Assembly (NCBI GenBank): GCA_963700635.1
Contig: CAVOYH010000001.1
Coordinates: 320,001-384,000, forward strand
Length of the DNA stretch: 64,000 nt
Origin: an uncultured Bacteroidota bacterium
GTDB taxonomy: Bacteria > Bacteroidota > Ignavibacteria > UBA10030 > UBA6906
Reading direction: 5' to 3'
Of the stretch, positions 28,120-38,927 are shown one piece after another. The position numbers and the translations under genes are program-made. The notes beneath the pieces are model-generated. The model saw only the letters and a list, made by a program, of their open reading frames with translations, was not told the origin of the DNA and did no database searches. Within the stretch, counting starts at the first letter, position 1. The number at the start of each line of letters is the position of its first letter.

Positions 28120-28875
28120 ATGACTATGACGATTCTGTTCTATGGGTTTCTCGCCGGCGGTGCGGTCGTGCTCGGCGGCACGCTCGTTGTGCTGCGTAAA
28201 GAGTGGCCCGCACGCATACAGGAGTACCTTCTTGCCCTGAGTGCGGGTTTCCTTCTCTCGCTCGTCTTTGTGGAACTTGTTCCGGAAGCGCTGCATGCCG
28301 TCGGCTCGGATGCTCCGCTGTATATGCTGGCCGGATATGCCATCATTCATTTCTTCGAGCACACCATCGTCGGACATTTCCATTTCGGTGAAGAAACACA
28401 CTCCGATGTTATGCTTTCCCGCGTGGCAAGCTATTCCACGTTCGCCGGTCTGTGTATCCATGCGTTTTTTGACGGATTTGCTATCGCCGTGGGCATGCAG
28501 TTCAATTTTGTGCTGGGTCTGTTGATCTTCATCGCGGTGATTCTGCACAAGATTCCGGAAGGCTTGACCATTGCATCGGTGATGATCGCGGCCCGACACA
28601 ACCGGTCCGCGGCGTTTGTCGCATCCATCGTCGTGGGTGTGGCGACCTTTGCCGGAGCCGCCGGGGGATTACTCCTCGGTGGTATCAACGAACAGCTTGT
28701 CGGGATGGCATTCGCATTTTCTGCCGGAATCGCGACGTATGTGGGCGCAAGTGACCTTATCCCGGAAATTAATCACTCAAAGAACCGCATCATTCCAATT
28801 CTCGTGTTCGTCGGAATGTTGTTGTTCTATCTGGGGAATGAAGCGCTGGGAGTCTTTGCAGGTATCCATCACTGA
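28120..28875 (+). CDS. ZIP family metal (zinc) transporter
   Basis: His-rich loop HFHFGEETH, HAFFDG and HKIPEG motifs; multiple TM helices. Confidence 0.9.
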   Translation: MTMTILFYGFLAGGAVVLGGTLVVLRKEWPARIQEYLLALSAGFLLSLVFVELVPEALHAVGSDAPLYMLAGYAIIHFFEHTIVGHFHFGEETHSDVMLSRVASYSTFAGLCIHAFFDGFAIAVGMQFNFVLGLLIFIAVILHKIPEGLTIASVMIAARHNRSAAFVASIVVGVATFAGAAGGLLLGGINEQLVGMAFAFSAGIATYVGASDLIPEINHSKNRIIPILVFVGMLLFYLGNEALGVFAGIHH

Positions 28876-28919
28876 CATGGTGCAGAGGGTTGCCGTGTCC
28901 TCAATCAACTGTGCGCGTC

Positions 28920-29873
28920 TTACAGGCTGGCGCTGACTGATACCCGGTGAAGAAGTCCCGCTTTGCCGAGGGATGACAGAGCATAGTCCACGTGATACTC
29001 TCCGACGAGAATTCCAAGTCCAGCCGAGAATCCCGCCAGTTCAGCGGATGACCCGATCTTGTAGTCTTTTCTTCGCGCGTTGTCGTATCCAAAACGTAGC
29101 TGCACGACTTTGCTGAGTGTAAACTCGCCGCCCACCGTGAATGCCCGGAATCGGGCGAGGAGATCATCTGCATCATCAGTCAGCCGGTGCACACCCAGGT
29201 TCAGCAGGAGGGGAAGCCCTTTGGGAACAACAGAAAGACCGATCCCTGCGTCGAGAGGGAGATTCTCGCGTGTCGTGCCGTACGCTGACAGCTGAGTCCC
29301 AAGGTTTCTGATGCTTGCCCCGATGGCAAATCTGCTTTCAGGGATCGTATACAGCACGCCCAGATCGGCGGCGACACCGGTGGATGAATACTCCCCGATG
29401 CCCGAATAAATAAATTTTGCGGCGCCCCCCAGAAAGAGGTTCTCTTCAAGCGAAAACGCGTACCCGATGGTCAGGGCGATGTCGTTGGCGCCGAACGTAC
29501 CGGTGGGGTTGCCCAGGAGGTCAGTTCCGTCAAAGGTCCCGTAGTTAGTGAACACAACTCCCACTCCAAAACGGCCGATCCCCTCCAGTTCGGTACTGTA
29601 ACTCAGGTGTCCGGCGTTGATGTCGAGAAGATGCTTAAAAAAGCCCGCAGAACCGCGGGAAGATTGTATGGTGGCAAGACCAGCAGGGTTGTAGAAGAGG
29701 ACCTCCGGGTCACCCTGAACGGCGGAAAAGCTGCCCGCAAGCGCTGCGGCACGTGCGCCGACGTCATTCCGCAAAAAATCGTAGACGGTATTCGCGCCAC
29801 CCCACAGCGTGGTCCCTGGCACCAACATCAGCAGTGCTGCTGCCAGACCACGCACATTCATGCTGTTCATCAT
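28920..29873 (-). CDS. Type IX secretion PorV/PorQ-family outer-membrane protein
   Basis: FLRNDVGARAAALAG...NPAGL plug, 'DLGVLY', 'SIRNLGTQL', 'LRFGY' and 'HRVSVSASL' strands. Confidence 0.85.
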   Translation of the reverse strand: MMNSMNVRGLAAALLMLVPGTTLWGGANTVYDFLRNDVGARAAALAGSFSAVQGDPEVLFYNPAGLATIQSSRGSAGFFKHLLDINAGHLSYSTELEGIGRFGVGVVFTNYGTFDGTDLLGNPTGTFGANDIALTIGYAFSLEENLFLGGAAKFIYSGIGEYSSTGVAADLGVLYTIPESRFAIGASIRNLGTQLSAYGTTRENLPLDAGIGLSVVPKGLPLLLNLGVHRLTDDADDLLARFRAFTVGGEFTLSKVVQLRFGYDNARRKDYKIGSSAELAGFSAGLGILVGEYHVDYALSSLGKAGLLHRVSVSASL

Positions 29874-30045
29874 ATTCCGCCGCCCAAAGAGTCCGATTCC
29901 GTAAAGAATTAACCGTAATGTAGAGAATCCGTCCGCGAACTGCAAGATCTGCCCACTTCTGCCCCGTCGTTGCTTCTTGCAGAAGAAAACCGTACCTTGA
30001 AGCACTTCCATTCCATCATCGATAGAGACAGAGGCATAGCAAGCA

Positions 30046-30267
30046 ATGAAAGACGGCATTCATCCTGATTACAAGAAAGCAATGGTCACGTGTGTCTGTG
30101 GTAACACGTTTGAGACCCGCTCCACAGCGGGTGACCTGAAGCTCGAAATCTGCTCAGCCTGCCATCCCTTCTTCACCGGCCGCCAGAAACTCGTGGACTC
30201 GGCCGGACGTGTTGAACGGTATATGAAGAAGTATGGAAAGAAGACGCCTGAGCCGGAAAAAGTCTGA
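30046..30267 (+). CDS. rpmE: 50S ribosomal protein L31 (zinc-binding C+ form)
   Basis: [13 protein letters not shown]...[21 protein letters not shown]. Confidence 0.98.
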   Translation: MKDGIHPDYKKAMVTCVCGNTFETRSTAGDLKLEICSACHPFFTGRQKLVDSAGRVERYMKKYGKKTPEPEKV

Positions 30268-30276
30268 GCCGTCTGA

Positions 30277-31668
30277 ATGAGCGACGTCTCCCCGGCGGCT
30301 GAATGGAAATCCCTGTACAGCGGTCCGCGGGGTATAGCTGTCAAAGTCCTTAACCGCGTCGAGCGGACCGACTCATACCTTGATAAGGTCCTCGACGCGG
30401 AACTACGTTCAGGCGAATTGAATGACCTTGACAAAGGGCTGCTGACCGAACTGGTCAATGGCGTGCTACGCTGGCAAAACCGTCTGGACTGGGTTCTGAA
30501 CGGTTTCTCGCACGGCAACTTCGCAAAATCTGAAATCAACGTAAAGAACACCCTTCGCGTTTCCCTCTACCAGATTCTCTTTCTTGACCGTATCCCCCAT
30601 GCCGCAGCAGTCAACGAGGGGGTGGACTTTATCAAGCGTATCCGCGGGGACAAGCCGGCTGGTCTGGTCAATGCTGTTCTCCGGAACATCATCCGCAATA
30701 TCGATGGGATCCGGTATCCCGACCCGGCTGAAGACCGGGTGCAGCACATGGCAGTCTTTTACTCCCATCCTCACTGGATGGTAAAACGATGGTTGGAACG
30801 GTTCGGGCATGAGCTTACCGAACGCCTGTTGGTAGCCAACAATGAGCGGCCAGGGATGTTCCTCCGCATCAACAGGCTCAAGATCTCTGTTGAGGATTTT
30901 CACGCACGCCTCGATGCGCAACAGATTCCCTATACGAAGTCGTCCCTGCTCCCTCATTTTGTGCGAGTCAAGACACTCTCCGGCATTGCCCAGATGGATC
31001 TTTTCCGCAACGGCATGTTCACCATTCAGGATGTCAGCGGCGCATTACCCTGCCAGCTTCTCGATCCGCATCCCGGAGACCGGGTCATCGACCTGTGTGC
31101 TGCCCCGGGCGGTAAAACAACGAACATGGCGGAGATGATGAACAACGAGGGGGAGATCGTTGCCCTCGACAAGTACGAGGCGAAACTCCATCTCATCCGT
31201 GCTTCCTGCGAACGCCTGGGTGTCCGCATCGTGGATCTTCACGCAGCCGATGCGTCGGTGTATGAAGGGGTGCAGGCGGATCGTGTTCTTCTTGATGCCC
31301 CCTGCTCGGGCCTGGGGACTCTCTCGAAAAAGCCCGACATGAAGTGGAAGCGGGATCTGAGTGATATCCGAAAGCTCTCGGCGCTGCAGGAGACTCTGCT
31401 GGAAAACGCCGCACGCCTGCTCAAACCCGGGGGTGCCCTCGTCTACAGCACCTGCACGATGGAACCGGAAGAAAATGCGGATGTCATCACGAACTTCCTC
31501 GCCCGGCATCCTGAATTCTCGATTGACCACGCCGATCGGTACCTGCCCGCAGAGGTTGTCTCCGCGGAGGGATTTGTCGTGACCTATCCACATGTACATT
31601 TTATAGACGGCTCGTTTGCTGCCCGGCTTGTAAAATCTGCCCAGGCCTCCCCTGAGGGAGATCGTTGA
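30277..31668 (+). CDS. rsmB: 16S rRNA m5C967 methyltransferase (NusB-like + Sun/Fmu)
   Basis: NusB-like N-terminus; [23 protein letters not shown] and VYSTCT motifs. Confidence 0.95.
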   Translation: MSDVSPAAEWKSLYSGPRGIAVKVLNRVERTDSYLDKVLDAELRSGELNDLDKGLLTELVNGVLRWQNRLDWVLNGFSHGNFAKSEINVKNTLRVSLYQILFLDRIPHAAAVNEGVDFIKRIRGDKPAGLVNAVLRNIIRNIDGIRYPDPAEDRVQHMAVFYSHPHWMVKRWLERFGHELTERLLVANNERPGMFLRINRLKISVEDFHARLDAQQIPYTKSSLLPHFVRVKTLSGIAQMDLFRNGMFTIQDVSGALPCQLLDPHPGDRVIDLCAAPGGKTTNMAEMMNNEGEIVALDKYEAKLHLIRASCERLGVRIVDLHAADASVYEGVQADRVLLDAPCSGLGTLSKKPDMKWKRDLSDIRKLSALQETLLENAARLLKPGGALVYSTCTMEPEENADVITNFLARHPEFSIDHADRYLPAEVVSAEGFVVTYPHVHFIDGSFAARLVKSAQASPEGDR

Positions 31669-31699
31669 CCATCTGAATATCGTTAACACGGAGAACCCC

Positions 31700-32920
31700 A
31701 TGTCCACTCTTCTCGATCTGCTCTCTGCCGAACTCCAGCGCCTCGAACAGACCCACACCTTTAAATACGAAGTCCCGCTCGAGAGCGCGCAGGACGGCGT
31801 GGTGCGTGTCAATGGCAAGAAAACGGTCATGCTGGCATCCAACAACTACGTCGGACTTTCCAACCATCCCGCCGTGCGCAAGGCGGCCATTCGGGGTATC
31901 AAGGAGTACGGCTATGGCGTCGCCTCGGTGCGATTTCTGTGCGGCACCCAGGATATCCACCTGAAACTGGAAAAGAAAATTTCGCAATTTCTGGGAACTG
32001 AAGATACCATCCTGTTCTCCTCCTGCTGGGCCGCCAACGAAGCATTTTTTGCGTCGCTGACCAACGAAAAGCTCGGCATGGATTCGTACAAGGATGTGAT
32101 CTACTCCGACAGGCTGAACCATGCGAGTATCATAGACGGCCAGCGGTTATGCAAGCCGGAGACAACGGACCGGAAGATCTACAAACACGTGGATATGGAT
32201 GACCTCATCCGCCAGCTCGAAGAAGACAAACACACGCCGTATCGGTTCCGGATCATTGCCACGGATGGGGTGTTCAGCATGGAAGGGGATCTCGCGCCAC
32301 TCGACCGGCTTGTGGACATTGCCGGCAGGTACGAGGCGCTGCTCTTTGTTGACGATTCCCATGCCGTGGGTGTGTGCGGGAAAACGGGAAGGGGAACGGC
32401 GGAAGCAAAGGGCGTTCATGGCAAGATTGATGTGCTTACCGGAACCCTGGGTAAGGCCATCGGCGGGGCAGCGGGAGGATACATCAGCGGGAAGAAGGAA
32501 CTTATCTCCTTTATGCGGCAGAAGGCGCGCACGTATATCTTCTCAAACTCGTTGCCCCCGCCCATCGTGTACGGTGCCTACACGGCGTTTGATCTTCTCA
32601 TGAAAAACCGCTCCATCATAAGGCGGTTACGATCGAACACCAAATACTTCCGGAAAAAAATTGCCAAACTGGGATTTACCATCCTGGAGGGGGATCACCC
32701 GATAGTCCCCATTATGCTCGGTGAAGCTGCGCTTGCCCAACAGATGAGCGTGGAATTGCTGAAAGAAGGGGTGTATATCAAAGGACTCTGGTTTCCGGTG
32801 GTTCCGAAGGGTGAAGCCCGTTTGCGAGCGCAGGTGTCTGCCGCACTGAGCAAAAAGGACATCGACCGCGCGCTGAAGGCGTTCGCGAAAGTCGGACGGC
32901 AGTTGAACGTTCTGAGGTGA
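31700..32920 (+). CDS. kbl: Glycine C-acetyltransferase (2-amino-3-ketobutyrate CoA ligase)
   Basis: [47 protein letters not shown] and PVVPKGEAR motifs. Confidence 0.93.
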   Translation: MSTLLDLLSAELQRLEQTHTFKYEVPLESAQDGVVRVNGKKTVMLASNNYVGLSNHPAVRKAAIRGIKEYGYGVASVRFLCGTQDIHLKLEKKISQFLGTEDTILFSSCWAANEAFFASLTNEKLGMDSYKDVIYSDRLNHASIIDGQRLCKPETTDRKIYKHVDMDDLIRQLEEDKHTPYRFRIIATDGVFSMEGDLAPLDRLVDIAGRYEALLFVDDSHAVGVCGKTGRGTAEAKGVHGKIDVLTGTLGKAIGGAAGGYISGKKELISFMRQKARTYIFSNSLPPPIVYGAYTAFDLLMKNRSIIRRLRSNTKYFRKKIAKLGFTILEGDHPIVPIMLGEAALAQQMSVELLKEGVYIKGLWFPVVPKGEARLRAQVSAALSKKDIDRALKAFAKVGRQLNVLR

Positions 32921-32974
32921 TCGTGTGTTGTAGATTCAACAGAAACCAGACATGAAGAAGGAAGCCAGCCGCTG

Positions 32975-34064
32975 ATGAGTGGGATTACAGAAGATCGTGT
33001 ACGGGAAGCACTGAAGGTCGTCCGGGATCCGGACCTCCACAAGGATATCGTCTCACTGGGGTTCGTCAAGACGGTCAAGATTGATGGGAATGCCGTTCTG
33101 GTGACGATCGAACTCACCACACCGGCCTGCCCTGTGCGTGATGAGCTGAAGGACGCCGCGGTGACCGCGATCCGCGCCAGCGTTCCCGGCGTGGGGAATG
33201 TGGCCGTTGAGATGACCTCCCGGGTTACCCAGAATGAACAGCGGCAGAAAACTGCGGTCCTGCCGGGCGTAAAAAACACCATCGCAGTGGCCTCCGGCAA
33301 AGGAGGTGTCGGGAAGTCAACGGTCTCCGTAAATCTCGCCGTCGCCCTTGCAAAGGAAGGGGCGCGGGTCGGACTTTGTGGATGCTGATATCTACGGCCC
33401 GAGTATCCCCCTGATGATGGGCATTACCGGCCGGCCGACGTTGCACAACCAGCGCCTCCAACCGATGGAAAACTGGGGAGTAAAAGTGATGTCGATCGGG
33501 TTTCTCGTGGATCCCATGCAGGCGGTGATCTGGCGTGGACCGATGGCCAGTGGCGCGGTGAAGCAGTTTATGACTGATGTCGACTGGGGAGAACTCGACT
33601 ATCTTGTTTTTGACCTCCCTCCGGGCACGGGTGATATCCAGCTGACACTGGTGCAAACCCTGCCGTTAACGGGAGCAGTGATCGTGACGACGCCCCAGGA
33701 TATCTCCCTGGCCGATGCACGCAAAGGGTATGTGATGTTCGAAAAGGTCCAGGTGCCAGTCCTCGGACTGATCGAAAACATGAGCTATTTCGTCTGCCGG
33801 CACTGCGGCACGCGGGAGGAAATCTTTGACAACGGTGGGGGGCGGCGGGCGGCAGAAGAACTTGGTGTTCCTTTTCTCGGGGACATCCCCATCTTCACCA
33901 GTATCCGGGTCAGCGGGGACAGCGGGAAGCCTATCGTGCTGGATGAAACTCCCGGCGGACCGGCAGAAAACATCATGCGTATCGCCCGCAACATGGCAGC
34001 CCAGGTGAGCATTCGTAATGCCCTCACATCCGGTGATGCCGCGGTCGATATCCAGCTGTCCTGA
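32975..34064 (+). CDS. mrp: Mrp/ApbC/NBP35 Fe-S carrier ATPase with N-terminal DUF59 (frameshift at 33375-33377)
   Basis: DPDL..DIVSLG, LTTPACP and [10 protein letters not shown] are in one frame; [21 protein letters not shown] and ENMS..C..C are in the next. Removing one T restores [11 protein letters not shown]. Confidence 0.9.
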
Positions 34065-34078
34065 AAGAGAACGCTCAT

Positions 34079-34312
34079 ATGGCATCAGAAATTGAGGAAC
34101 GAATTCAGTATGCCCTGGCCCAGGTGCGTCCCTATCTCCAGGCCGATGGAGGAGATGTGGATTTTAAACGTATGCGTGATGACGGCATATTGGAACTATC
34201 GTGGACCGGAACGTGCAAGACCTGCCCCATGAGCGTCATGACGCTCAGAGCAGGGGTGGAACGGACCATTATGAAGGAAGTACCGGAGGTAAAGAGAGTC
34301 GAAACCGTCTAA
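34079..34312 (+). CDS. NifU/Nfu-family Fe-S scaffold protein
   Basis: VRPYLQADGGDV..GTCKTCPMS..TL motif. Confidence 0.93.
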   Translation: MASEIEERIQYALAQVRPYLQADGGDVDFKRMRDDGILELSWTGTCKTCPMSVMTLRAGVERTIMKEVPEVKRVETV

Positions 34313-34354
34313 GAGGGCGGATGGGTATGGTGGACCACCATCCCCGGGGGGCAC

Positions 34355-35023
34355 CTATCTCCTGCGCAGTTCCACCTCGTAGATTTTCCCATCCCTTACC
34401 TGCAATATCCTCTCGTTCAATCGCCGCACCAACTCATAATTATGCGTTGCCATGATGACGGCGGTTCCCCTCGTGTTGATGTTCATCAGAAGTTCCAGGA
34501 TCTCCCTCGACGTTGTGGGGTCAAGATTGCCCGTTGGTTCGTCTGCGAGAAGAAAATGAGGGTTGTTGACCAGTGCTCTCGCGATGACGACCCGCTGTTG
34601 TTCCCCGCCTGATATCTCGGCGGGAAGTTTGTTGCGCTGATGGCTCAAACCCACATCGGCGAGAGCATGTAGCACACGCTTTTTTATTTCTTTCCCCTTC
34701 ACTCCGGTGACGTGCAGGGCAAACGCGACATTGTCATACACTGTTCGATCATCAAACAGCCGGTAATCCTGAAAGATTATCCCCAGGGTCCGCCGGAGAT
34801 AGGGTGTGGCCCGACGGTGGATGGTGGAGGATATGTATTTTCCCACGACAACTGTTCCGCGCGTTGGTCTCAAATCCATGTACATCAACTTCAACACCGT
34901 GCTCTTGCCGGACCCGGTCTGGCCGACGAGGAAGACAAATTCACCCGGCTTGACTTCGAAAGAAATATTGTCCAGCACGGGATGGTTGTCATACATAAAA
35001 CTGACATCGGAGAAGCGGATCAT
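34355..35023 (-). CDS. ftsE: Cell division ATP-binding protein FtsE
   Basis: GQTGSGKST, LRRTLGIIFQDYRL, SGGEQQRV, LLADEPTGNLD and ATHN motifs. Confidence 0.9.
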   Translation of the reverse strand: MIRFSDVSFMYDNHPVLDNISFEVKPGEFVFLVGQTGSGKSTVLKLMYMDLRPTRGTVVVGKYISSTIHRRATPYLRRTLGIIFQDYRLFDDRTVYDNVAFALHVTGVKGKEIKKRVLHALADVGLSHQRNKLPAEISGGEQQRVVIARALVNNPHFLLADEPTGNLDPTTSREILELLMNINTRGTAVIMATHNYELVRRLNERILQVRDGKIYEVELRRR

Positions 35024-36039
35024 CGGGTCGACCTCCTTCGCATCAGGCGACGGCGATTGGCTGCCACGGTGACGGCCAGGCGGATTGCCTCCTGCATGCT
35101 GGTGGGGTCGGCGACACCGCTGCCCGCCACAGCGAAGGCGGTTCCGTGGTCCGGAGAGGTTCGTACAATGCGTAATCCCACGCTCACGTTCACGGCGCGA
35201 TTGCCGGAAGACATCTTGAGGGGAATGAGACCCTGATCATGATACATCGCCACCACGGCATCGTAGACGCCTGGCTGGTAGCGGGCAAAGAACCCATCAG
35301 CCGGGAACGGTCCGTCCACCCTGATGCGCTTGAGCCGAAGGCGCTCGATTGCGGGCAGAATCCTCCGCTGTTCTTCCGTCCCGATGTACCCGCCTTCGCC
35401 AGCATGGGGATTCAAGGCCAGAAGAGCGATATGCGGTTTTGTGATGCCCCAGTCACGGATTAATGCATCGTGAATAATCCGCGTCCTTCGGACTATCAGT
35501 TCCGTGGACAACACGGCGGAGACACGGGCGAGCGGTTCGTGAATGGTTATCAGCCCGACGCGCATCTGCGGAGCCACCAGCATCATTGCCACTTCATGGG
35601 AATTCGAAAGCCTCTTCAGCATCTCTGTCTGCCCCGGGGCCTTGATGCCGGCCAGGTGGAGAGCCTGCTTCGAGACAGGGGCGGTGACCATCGCTTCCAC
35701 GAGTCCGGACAGAGCAAGCTGGGCAGCGGATGAGATTGCCGTGGCGGCAGCATGCCCGGCCGCATGAGAGAGTTGTCCGGGCTTGATGGCATCGACATTC
35801 ACCGTTGAGGATTCCAGAATCCAGAACCCCCGCTCCTGATGCGCAGTCCGGCCGCTCCACTCATGAAGGTGGAGCCCGATGTTCAACAATCGGGCATAGT
35901 GTTCGAACACGGTTCGTGGACCAACCAGGACGGGAGTGCACAGCGCGCGAATTGACCGCTTCGTGACACTCTTTAATACCACTTCGGGTCCAATCCCGTT
36001 AAAATCCCCGACCGTAATGGCAATAAGTGGTTTGTTCAT
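35020..36039 (-). CDS. pdxA: 4-hydroxythreonine-4-phosphate dehydrogenase
   Basis: GDFNGIGPEV, TAPVSK, LNPHAGEGG, MYHDQGLIPLK and RTSPDHGTAF motifs. Confidence 0.96.
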   Translation of the reverse strand: MNKPLIAITVGDFNGIGPEVVLKSVTKRSIRALCTPVLVGPRTVFEHYARLLNIGLHLHEWSGRTAHQERGFWILESSTVNVDAIKPGQLSHAAGHAAATAISSAAQLALSGLVEAMVTAPVSKQALHLAGIKAPGQTEMLKRLSNSHEVAMMLVAPQMRVGLITIHEPLARVSAVLSTELIVRRTRIIHDALIRDWGITKPHIALLALNPHAGEGGYIGTEEQRRILPAIERLRLKRIRVDGPFPADGFFARYQPGVYDAVVAMYHDQGLIPLKMSSGNRAVNVSVGLRIVRTSPDHGTAFAVAGSGVADPTSMQEAIRLAVTVAANRRRLMRRRSTR

Positions 36040-37388
36040 GGCGCAGAAGGAAGAAGTGAATACGTCCCGTTTCTCTTTTCATCAACGAAGGTGAATCGTA
36101 ATCGTGACCGTTCATAGATCCATGTTTCCGTGTGGCCTCCACTCGGCTGCAGGCTCCGTTCTGTCAGTGTCGGCGGACCATACAGGATGAAGATACGGCC
36201 ACGATCAGTCTTTGTTCCATCCTGTTCCCGAAGCGTCACAAACTCCCGCTGCGCATGATCAACACGACGATAATACTCGGCCATTACCTCGTTCATCGCC
36301 GTCCCGGGCGTCGCATCCCTGGTCGACCAGAACCGTTCCAGATTTTCCCGGCGTTTTTCAAAACTCCCCCTCTTCAATGAGTCAAGCTGGTTTTCAGTCG
36401 TGACAAACCGCAACGACTCAAACGCCCTGTCCAGGTCCTTCAAAGAGAGAGGCATTGTCGGCCAGATATTCCTGAACGAACGGGTCAGCGACGCCGTATC
36501 GGCTCCCGCCTGGAAATGCACGGTGAGGAGATAGGAACGAAGGGGAAGAGTTTCTGTGCGGAGCGGGACCGTAAGATACGCTACACGATTACCCGGGCTA
36601 TCCGCGACCAGGTACGCAGGCGGTCCGCCGGTTTTTTCAGGGACGAGATTCTTTCCTTTGAGGAGCGGCACGAAGCCAACGGTATCGGCCACGACAATCG
36701 GTCCCGTCTGCCCCTCTTTCTCCTCCAGCGTAATCCAGTACTTTACAACGACGCCGGTAGTGGTATCGTGAGGCAGAACACATGCAACGAGCAAGTCGCG
36801 CTGGGCACTGAAGAGCATATCGTTCCCGAATGTATCAAGTACGATCCGATCGTCCGCGCGCCGAGATACAAACGACAATCCGTAGGGTGTGAACGGATGG
36901 CCACCCCCGCTGACGGCCTGGACGGAAAGCGGTGGGTGGACATAACGCCTCTGGGATTGACGGTCCGTTGCCTCGAAAAAGACTTTATACTTTCCGGCGG
37001 GAACAGTGAAGGTGGTAATCCCTTCATACCAGAATCGTTCACCCGGAACAGGTTCTGAGCGGAAGTCGGGAATACTCACCTTTGTGAATTCCCGGGTGAC
37101 GGACACCCCTGCGGAATCGAACAGTTCGATGAGCATTTCGCCGTTACGCACAAACGGACTGGTCGCCGCGTTGTCGGATGTGCGCAGCGGGACAAAGAAG
37201 TCGCGTTCGATGGTGTACAGAACATCCACCCGGGAAGTCAGTGAGTCCGTTCCGGGGAGGCTCCTGGCTGAAAGGAAGGCGAACTGCAACGGCACCGTCG
37301 AACGGGGGGGCCCCTGGGGTTGGGCCGATGTCATTCCAGACAACACCATCAGCAGAGAGAGTATGAATCGAACGTTGTGAGTGCGCAT
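36036..37388 (-). CDS. GWxTD-domain protein
   Basis: Signal peptide; C-terminal FW..RDATPGT..NE...EYYRRV..A...F...DGTKTDRGRIFILYGPP...ETWIY. Confidence 0.85.
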   Translation of the reverse strand: MRTHNVRFILSLLMVLSGMTSAQPQGPPRSTVPLQFAFLSARSLPGTDSLTSRVDVLYTIERDFFVPLRTSDNAATSPFVRNGEMLIELFDSAGVSVTREFTKVSIPDFRSEPVPGERFWYEGITTFTVPAGKYKVFFEATDRQSQRRYVHPPLSVQAVSGGGHPFTPYGLSFVSRRADDRIVLDTFGNDMLFSAQRDLLVACVLPHDTTTGVVVKYWITLEEKEGQTGPIVVADTVGFVPLLKGKNLVPEKTGGPPAYLVADSPGNRVAYLTVPLRTETLPLRSYLLTVHFQAGADTASLTRSFRNIWPTMPLSLKDLDRAFESLRFVTTENQLDSLKRGSFEKRRENLERFWSTRDATPGTAMNEVMAEYYRRVDHAQREFVTLREQDGTKTDRGRIFILYGPPTLTERSLQPSGGHTETWIYERSRLRFTFVDEKRNGTYSLLPSAP

Positions 37389-37397
37389 AGGCCGGCC

Positions 37398-38927
37398 CTA
37401 CTGTTTGTAATGACGAAGAAAATCGATCAGGAGACGTACCCCGACGCCGGAAGCGCCGCGAGGGGTGTAGTCTCCGGCTTCCTCCAGGATTGCGGTACCG
37501 GCGATATCAAGGTGGACCCAGGGATACGGACCGATAAAGTGTTTGAGGAAGAGCGCGGCCGTAATCGTTCCGGCCCATCGCCCACCCACATTCTTGACGT
37601 CGGCGATTTCGCTCTTGATGAGCTTTTCATATTCCTCGAACATGGGCAACTCCCACACCCGCTCGTACGTCCGCCCGCCGGCGGTACGCAACTGGCGCAT
37701 GGCGGAGTCTGAAGTGCCGAGCATGCCCGTGGCAACATGTCCGAGCGCCACAACCACCGCCCCCGTCAGGGTGGCGAGGTCCACCACCAGGTCCGGCTTG
37801 TAGCGTGAAGCGTAGGAGAGGGCGTCGGCAAGTATCAGGCGTCCTTCGGCATCGGTGTTGTCAACTTCGGAAGTTTTTCCGTTGTAGTGCCTGAGGATGT
37901 CGCCGGGTTTTAAAGCGTTCCCGCCGGGGAGGTTCTCGGCAGCGGGGACGAGTCCGACCAGGCGAAGGGGCAGACGCATGTCCGATGCGGCCTGCATGGT
38001 GCCGATCACCGCGGCTGCGCCTGACATGTCCATTTTCATCTCTGCCATATTCGCCGAGGGTTTGATCGAAATTCCCCCCGAATCGAAGGTAACACCCTTC
38101 CCGACCAGCACGATCACCGGGAGGTTTTTGCGGCGGGGCCGCGGTGTATACTCCATGACAATGAATCGCGGCGGGTTCCGGCTGCCTTTTGCCACTCCGA
38201 GCAGTCCCCCCATTTTCAACCGGCTGATCTTTTTCTCATCAAACACAACCACGGAGAACCCGTGGCGACGGCCTGCTGTACGCGCCCGCTGCGCCAATGT
38301 TTCGGGATAAATCTCATTGCCCGGCGCATTCGCGAGATCACGCGCCAGCAACGTAGCGTCACAAACAACAGATGCGTCGCCCACACCCAGCGTATACGGG
38401 CGATGGTCCTTGCGCGTCGGCAGAAGAAGAGTGAACGAGGTTACCCCGCGGAAGTCTCCCTTCACCCGCGTGCGGTACTTGTCGAAGCGATACGCAGCCA
38501 GAGCAGCACCTTCGGCAAATGCCATCGCGAGTTCGCGGATCGATACTCCCGTCGTCAGAAGAGGGAGAAGGGCGGGCGTCGTGTGATCAGGTACCTGGAG
38601 CGTAACCTTGGCGGCATGCTGGGCGGTTGCCGTCTTCATCGCCGCGGCGGATATCCGGCGGGCGATTTCAAGGCTGAACTTCTCGACCCTTCCTGCGCCT
38701 ATGAGCACGACCTGTGATACGTGCGCTCCGGCAAGAGGAACGGTGAGGGTCTGGCCCGTTTTGCCCCTGAACGCGCCCGCCGTGACCGGAGGAGGTACGC
38801 CCCCGACCGCCTTGTGGATCGCGTCTATCTGACGGGAGAAGCCGGGTTCATTCTCGAAGACAATCTGTGCCACGAGATCGGCACGGATTTTTTCCGGCCT
38901 TCCGACCGCAACACGCAGAGTAATCAT
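37398..38927 (-). CDS. pepA: Leucyl aminopeptidase (M17)
   Basis: GKGVTFDSGG.SIK, MKMDM.GAA, NTDAEGRLILADAL, DLATLTGA and WVHLDIAG motifs. Confidence 0.97.
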   Translation of the reverse strand: MITLRVAVGRPEKIRADLVAQIVFENEPGFSRQIDAIHKAVGGVPPPVTAGAFRGKTGQTLTVPLAGAHVSQVVLIGAGRVEKFSLEIARRISAAAMKTATAQHAAKVTLQVPDHTTPALLPLLTTGVSIRELAMAFAEGAALAAYRFDKYRTRVKGDFRGVTSFTLLLPTRKDHRPYTLGVGDASVVCDATLLARDLANAPGNEIYPETLAQRARTAGRRHGFSVVVFDEKKISRLKMGGLLGVAKGSRNPPRFIVMEYTPRPRRKNLPVIVLVGKGVTFDSGGISIKPSANMAEMKMDMSGAAAVIGTMQAASDMRLPLRLVGLVPAAENLPGGNALKPGDILRHYNGKTSEVDNTDAEGRLILADALSYASRYKPDLVVDLATLTGAVVVALGHVATGMLGTSDSAMRQLRTAGGRTYERVWELPMFEEYEKLIKSEIADVKNVGGRWAGTITAALFLKHFIGPYPWVHLDIAGTAILEEAGDYTPRGASGVGVRLLIDFLRHYKQ

